A stretch of 61,265 bases of DNA from an uncultured Lentisphaerales bacterium (GTDB lineage Bacteria; Verrucomicrobiota; Kiritimatiellia; RFP12; JAAYLN01). The translations under genes were made by a program, and so were the position numbers. Location: contig CAZRGQ010000005.1 in the NCBI GenBank assembly GCA_964599645.1, forward strand, positions 1 to 61,265. The letters run 5' to 3'. The notes under the pieces were generated by a model. That model worked only from the letters and a program-made list of their open reading frames with translations. It was not told the DNA's origin and did not search any database. How positions within the stretch are numbered: position 1 is the first letter of the stretch; every line of letters starts with the position of its first letter. Positions 56,888 through 61,265 of the stretch are shown here, one piece after another.

Positions 56888-57132
56888 GCTCCACTCTTTC
56901 GATCCAAATAGCGCTATTATGCCACACTACCCTCTCCACGACAAGCCCTCCCTTTTGGGCACCTTCTCCTCTCGTTTGGCTCCCCACCAAAAAAATAGCC
57001 GGGCAAAATTGAGCGGCTCTGCGCAGCAGAGGCATTTTGCCCGGCTATCTGCGGCCATCTGTCTTGAAAACAGACAACCTCTACAGCCAAAACTATTGTC
57101 TATAGTCTCAATGAGTCAGGAATGTACCTTTT

Positions 57133-58731
57133 TTATTCACCGCTCCTGATTAACCGCTGCTGCAACCGCACCCCCGCCGGCATCTCTCCCGCCATCTCAT
57201 CCAACCTATGCGCCAAACGCCCTGCCGCCACTTCATCAGCAGCATAGAACTGCACCGTCTCAAAGGCACACACGATATTATGCGGTATCGTCAAGCTCCC
57301 CACCCTGATCAAACTCTCCGGCAAAAGGGTGCCATCTCCATACCACTCATCGTATACCGCCACATAGGCCACTCCTTTTCGTTGCAACAACTCGCTGATA
57401 TACTCACGCGTCAGCCCCCCCTGACGCTTCACCCGAGCCACCTCTGTCGTTCCCAACCCCCACAAATCAACCAGCTCCAGCCCGGTACGGTAGCACATCG
57501 CTCCCAGATCATTGATGGCTACCCCGCCACTACCCTCCAGGCCCTTGAAAATCTCCGCCATCTGCCACTGCTGCTGGTAGATATTGGCCGCGCCGCGTGG
57601 CACCCTGCTTGTGGCCCATACACCACGCAGACACAACGGACCCACCAGCAACCCCACCAGGGCAATGCGGCCACTCCCCGCCCACCATGCCTCTTCACTG
57701 CTCCATTCCGACTGCGGCCACACTCCCCGCCAGCGCCCATTCGCCAACCATGCCCACCCCAACAGCGCCAAGCCTGCTCCCATCAGATAGGCCTCATAAC
57801 GATAAAAGCGCCCGCACTCGGCCAGCGTCACATGCGCCACCACTGCCACCACAACCACCAGATTCATCTGCCGCAAGGCCAATGGGATACGCCGCAACCC
57901 CGCCGTCAGCAACAACAGCAGCACCACTATATGAAGGTGTACGTTGCTCAGCCCCACATCTACGTAGAACCTGAAAAGCTGCCAGAAATAGCCCTTCACC
58001 CCGCCACCCGGCATCCGACCCTTCAGCATCAGCGAATTCGGCAGGAAAAAGCCGCCATGCGCCACTGCATAGACCCCATGCCACACCACCGGCAACGACG
58101 CCGTCAGCAGCAGCCCCAACGCCAACCACCAGCGGCGACGCCAGGCGAAAACTGCTGCCAGCGGCCCCACCACAAAGAGCGCTTCATAACGCGCCCCCAC
58201 ACTCAACCCCGCCACCAGCACCAGCCACCACTCACAGCCCATTCCCTCCAGAACGCGCAAGGCCAGCACCAGCAGCAATAGTGTCAACCAGAGATGCAAC
58301 GTATGCTCCATCCCGGTCGAGGCGATCACGGCCATCGGCACCAACAGGAAGAGACCCAAGCCGAGTGCCACCCGCCACCACCAACTTACCCCGCGCCGCC
58401 GTGCCTCGCCATCCACTACCCAGAGCGCCAGAACAGCAAAGAGGTAGTTCAACAGCCCGGGCAGCCATTCAGCCTTACCAAGCAGGCGTATCCCTCCCGC
58501 CAGCAACACTGTCCAGAGCGGCGACGACGAACAGAAGGTATAACTCTCCGGCCGCAACCCCCAGACCCCATGCTGTGCCAGATTGCGTGCCAACGCCAGG
58601 TGAATATAGGCATCATCCAGCGTATAGACCCCATGTCCCTCCGACAACCTGATCCCCAGCAACAACTGCACCAGCATCACTGCCAGCGCCACACCGCCCA
58701 CCAAAAGAGCACTACTCCAAAATCGTCTCAT
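57133..58731 (-). CDS. Polytopic membrane protein, GT-C fold-like glycosyltransferase/glycan-modifying protein
   Basis: YTLDDAYIH after TM1, SSSPLWT, GMEH, ARYE; many TM helices plus a soluble C-terminus. Confidence 0.6.
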   Translation of the reverse strand: MRRFWSSALLVGGVALAVMLVQLLLGIRLSEGHGVYTLDDAYIHLALARNLAQHGVWGLRPESYTFCSSSPLWTVLLAGGIRLLGKAEWLPGLLNYLFAVLALWVVDGEARRRGVSWWWRVALGLGLFLLVPMAVIASTGMEHTLHLWLTLLLLVLALRVLEGMGCEWWLVLVAGLSVGARYEALFVVGPLAAVFAWRRRWWLALGLLLTASLPVVWHGVYAVAHGGFFLPNSLMLKGRMPGGGVKGYFWQLFRFYVDVGLSNVHLHIVVLLLLLTAGLRRIPLALRQMNLVVVVAVVAHVTLAECGRFYRYEAYLMGAGLALLGWAWLANGRWRGVWPQSEWSSEEAWWAGSGRIALVGLLVGPLCLRGVWATSRVPRGAANIYQQQWQMAEIFKGLEGSGGVAINDLGAMCYRTGLELVDLWGLGTTEVARVKRQGGLTREYISELLQRKGVAYVAVYDEWYGDGTLLPESLIRVGSLTIPHNIVCAFETVQFYAADEVAAGRLAHRLDEMAGEMPAGVRLQQRLIRSGE

Positions 58732-60158
58732 CTCGCCTCGTCTCCTGGAGGGCGGCGCGCTGTCGCCGCCGCAGCTTTTACCCTCCTTTTATCCACGTCA
58801 TCGCAACCACTCCCTTGGTTACGATAATCCGCCTCCCGCTGCACCAGCCACTCCGCCATCCTCTTGTACACCACCCCGCCATCAAACAGCTCCGCTACCA
58901 TACGCCGCGCCCCCGCCCCATGCTCTTCGATCAACTCCGGCTTATTTAAATAGCGCTCCACTGCCGCCACGAAGCTGTCACAACATCCCGCCTTATACCC
59001 TGCTCCCGCTCCATAGCGTGCCAGCAACTCCTCGCACTCCCCCTTTAAGCCACTGATGATCGCCAACCCCGCCGCCCCGTAATCGATCACCTTGTTCGGC
59101 ACCACCACCCCCGACTCACTGAACATCGGCACCAACCCCACATCACACTGCGCCAGCAACTGCCACATCTCCTCCGCCCCGACAAAACCATGATAATTGA
59201 TTGGCACCCCCTCCGCCGCCGCCCTCTCCACCAAGCCACGCTCCGGCCCATCCCCCGCCACCACCACTCTCACCCGCCTCCCCGCTGCCGCCAGGCGCCT
59301 TACCCCCTCCACCACCGTCCCCAAATCATACCCCGCCCCCAAATTCCCCACATAACACAACTTCACCCCCGCCGCCCCCTCCGTACCATCACGGCATGCC
59401 GTGATGCCACCGCACCCCGCATCCCCCCTGGAGGGCGGCAGGCTCTTGCCGCCGCAGCCTGGTAGGGCGTGCTCGCCGAGCGCGCCGCCCACCGCCTCCT
59501 TACCATCACGGCATGCCGTGATGCCGCCGCTTTGCAGCCCCACCGCCAGCGGAAACCACCCCATCCGCCCCCGCGCCCCGCGCCGCCGCGCCAGCTCCAG
59601 GTAGCGCTCCGCCACCGCCGCCACCCCATCCGCCCCCCGATAGGCCCGCCCCGCACACCACCACCACGGCCACAACACCAGCCGCCCCAGCCAGCCCCAG
59701 CCCCTGCGCCACAACCGGTAAAAATTCTCCGGCCATAAATCCTGAATATCCACCACCACCGGCACGCCCCACCTGCGCCGCAATGCCGCCGCCGCACCAT
59801 ACAGCTCCAAAGGCGGCATGCTCACCACCAACCGCTCCGGCAGCGCCACCTCCCCCGCCGCCACCGCTGCCACCGCCGCCCGTCGCCAGCGCCGTGCATA
59901 GCTCCAGTGACTCACCAACCGCCCCGGCCCGATATTGCGCCGGTAAGGCCGCGTCGCCACCAGCCGTATCTCAATCCCCTCGCATTCATAGCAGGCCGCC
60001 ACCTCGCGCCGCCGCTTCGTCACGTGGTGGAAGTCGCTCGACCACACCACCACCTCATGCCCCGCCGCCACCAGCGCCCGCGCCAGTTGCCAGTAGCGCA
60101 TCGGACGCCCCCGCTCACCCGGCAGCGTATCAAAAGGTGTATTGATCCAAATCTTCAC
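58728..60158 (-). CDS. Family 4 glycosyltransferase carrying an in-frame REP-derived insertion and a REP-derived C-terminal tail
   Basis: VVVDIQDLWPE, YVGNLG, VVAGDGPE, PNKVIDY, LAII; duplicated GGITACRDG peptide flanks 39 extra residues. Confidence 0.88.
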   Translation of the reverse strand: MKIWINTPFDTLPGERGRPMRYWQLARALVAAGHEVVVWSSDFHHVTKRRREVAACYECEGIEIRLVATRPYRRNIGPGRLVSHWSYARRWRRAAVAAVAAGEVALPERLVVSMPPLELYGAAAALRRRWGVPVVVDIQDLWPENFYRLWRRGWGWLGRLVLWPWWWCAGRAYRGADGVAAVAERYLELARRRGARGRMGWFPLAVGLQSGGITACRDGKEAVGGALGEHALPGCGGKSLPPSRGDAGCGGITACRDGTEGAAGVKLCYVGNLGAGYDLGTVVEGVRRLAAAGRRVRVVVAGDGPERGLVERAAAEGVPINYHGFVGAEEMWQLLAQCDVGLVPMFSESGVVVPNKVIDYGAAGLAIISGLKGECEELLARYGAGAGYKAGCCDSFVAAVERYLNKPELIEEHGAGARRMVAELFDGGVVYKRMAEWLVQREADYRNQGSGCDDVDKRRVKAAAATARRPPGDEAR

Positions 60159-60838
60159 GCTCCACGATCCAACCCCGGCACATCCAACTCCGGCAGATCT
60201 TTAAACCAACGGTACAACAACCTGCTCTTTGGAAAAATAATCACCCAGGCCGTCAGAAGAATCAGCTTCAAATCGGTCAGCAGCGACAACCTTTTCTGAT
60301 ACCACAACTCCAACTCACCCTTTGCCGGCGCAATATAGGCCGCATAAAACCGGGCCGGATCACCCTCACACTCCGTCAGCAACCGCTCCTCATCTCTGAA
60401 TACAATCGAGCCGATGCCCGTCAATCCCGGACGCACATTATAGATTTTCGCCTTCACCTCATCGGGATACGGCTCAAACGTCTTGTCTACCAACGGTCGC
60501 GGCCCGACGACAGACATGTCACCTATCAGAATATTGATCAACTGCGGCAACTCATTGATCTTCGTCATCCGCAAAAAGCGTCCCAGCGGCAAAACCCTCG
60601 GATCACGCCGTGTCGTATGCAGCCCCCCCGTCATACTTGGACTCGCCTTCAGCATCGTGGCAAATTTCCACAACTGGAAGCGCCTGTTATGCAATCCGAT
60701 CCGCTCCTGTTGATAGAAGACATAGTGCTCCCCCGTCAGCAGCAGCGCCACCACTATCGGCAACAGCAGCGGCAGCAGCACCAGCAGCGCCACTCCCGCC
60801 AACACCACATCCATCACTCGTTTAAAAAATCGATACAT
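60155..60838 (-). CDS. Undecaprenyl-phosphate sugar phosphotransferase (Bac_transf family)
   Basis: FFKRVMD, QERIG, KFATM, GRFLRMTKINELPQLINILIGDMSVVGPRP, RPGLTG. Confidence 0.93.
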   Translation of the reverse strand: MYRFFKRVMDVVLAGVALLVLLPLLLPIVVALLLTGEHYVFYQQERIGLHNRRFQLWKFATMLKASPSMTGGLHTTRRDPRVLPLGRFLRMTKINELPQLINILIGDMSVVGPRPLVDKTFEPYPDEVKAKIYNVRPGLTGIGSIVFRDEERLLTECEGDPARFYAAYIAPAKGELELWYQKRLSLLTDLKLILLTAWVIIFPKSRLLYRWFKDLPELDVPGLDRGA

Positions 60839-60872
60839 CCTCTTTACCCTTCTCCCTCCATGCCCTCCATGC

Positions 60873-61114
60873 CATCACGGCACGCCGTGATGCCGCATCT
60901 CTGTGTCCCCCCTGGAGGGCGGTAGGCCCTTGCCGCCGCAGCCCGCTTTTACCCTCTCATCGCTACCACTTGGTGGTTGCGATAATAGCGGCAGGCCCTT
61001 GCCGCCGCAGCTTGGTAGGGCGTGAGCCTGTCTGCGTGCACCGCACAGGCAGGCCGAGCGCGCCACCCCCGGTTTTTACCCTCTCATCGCCACCACTCAG
61101 TGGTGGTGATAATC
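60873..61114. repeat. Composite REP-like mosaic; modules shared with 58744-58829 and 59387-59523
   Basis: Near-perfect palindrome catcacggcacgccgtgatg (60873-92); cctggagggcgg...gccgccgcagc; ttttaccctc-tcatcgc.accac...gataat twice; nested 24-bp insert at 61029-52. Confidence 0.8.
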
Positions 61115-61265
61115 CTACATCCTCTGATCCAGCCCCTTCCCCCGCTCGATATGCTCAAAATTGGGCAGATACTCCCGCAGCGCCGCCACGATCTCCCCCT
61201 TCGTCACCCTCTCCCGCCCCATCAGCTCCGCCAGCTCATTGCACACCCCTTCGATCTCCGCCAGA
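61115..61265 (-). CDS. C-terminal fragment of a polysaccharide-biosynthesis nucleotide-sugar dehydratase (CapD/PglF-like); truncated by the window edge
   Basis: Reads ...EYLPNFEHIERGKGLDQRM* with TAG at 61115-17. The HIE.GK.LDQ.M ending is recalled from UDP-GlcNAc 4,6-dehydratase-type proteins. Confidence 0.6.
   Translation of the reverse strand, partial: LAEIEGVCNELAELMGRERVTKGEIVAALREYLPNFEHIERGKGLDQRM

Noticed and set aside
1-61265. tRNA, rRNA or riboswitch genes
   Set aside because: No cloverleaf, rRNA signature or known riboswitch consensus was recognised by eye; tRNAscan-SE and Infernal would be needed to exclude them.

Overview
High-GC bacterial chromosomal window. The gene repertoire suggests a PVC-group organism such as Kiritimatiellia or Lentisphaeria; this is inference only. 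Housekeeping genes are uvrA, der, rlmD-like, cimA, fused aroK-aroB, PMM/PGM, nucleoside kinase, ispA, parA-like, efpL, pdxA, hisD, mraY-like and prmC. They are interspersed with large secreted carbohydrate-active-type proteins and, at the right end, part of a surface-polysaccharide cluster. The main accessory element is a lower-GC island (about 12.0-19.2 kb): a type III restriction-modification operon with an HTH-metallopeptidase (ImmA/IrrE) and a PIN-like (DUF4411) gene pair translationally coupled between mod and res, and an AT-rich, apparently swapped target-recognition domain in mod. Other notable items are a circularly permuted GDSL/SGNH lipoprotein, an HNH nuclease fused to a degenerate metallo-beta-lactamase-like domain, an E1alpha/E1beta-GT2-rhomboid operon lacking E2/E3, an ECF sigma/anti-sigma pair with alpha/alpha-barrel domains, and a doubly deleted DUF4838-like pseudogene. 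Several REP-like or short-repeat families are also present, one inserted in-frame inside a glycosyltransferase. No rRNA, tRNA, CRISPR array, integrase or transposase was recognised. All family calls come from motif recognition by eye, not from database searches.
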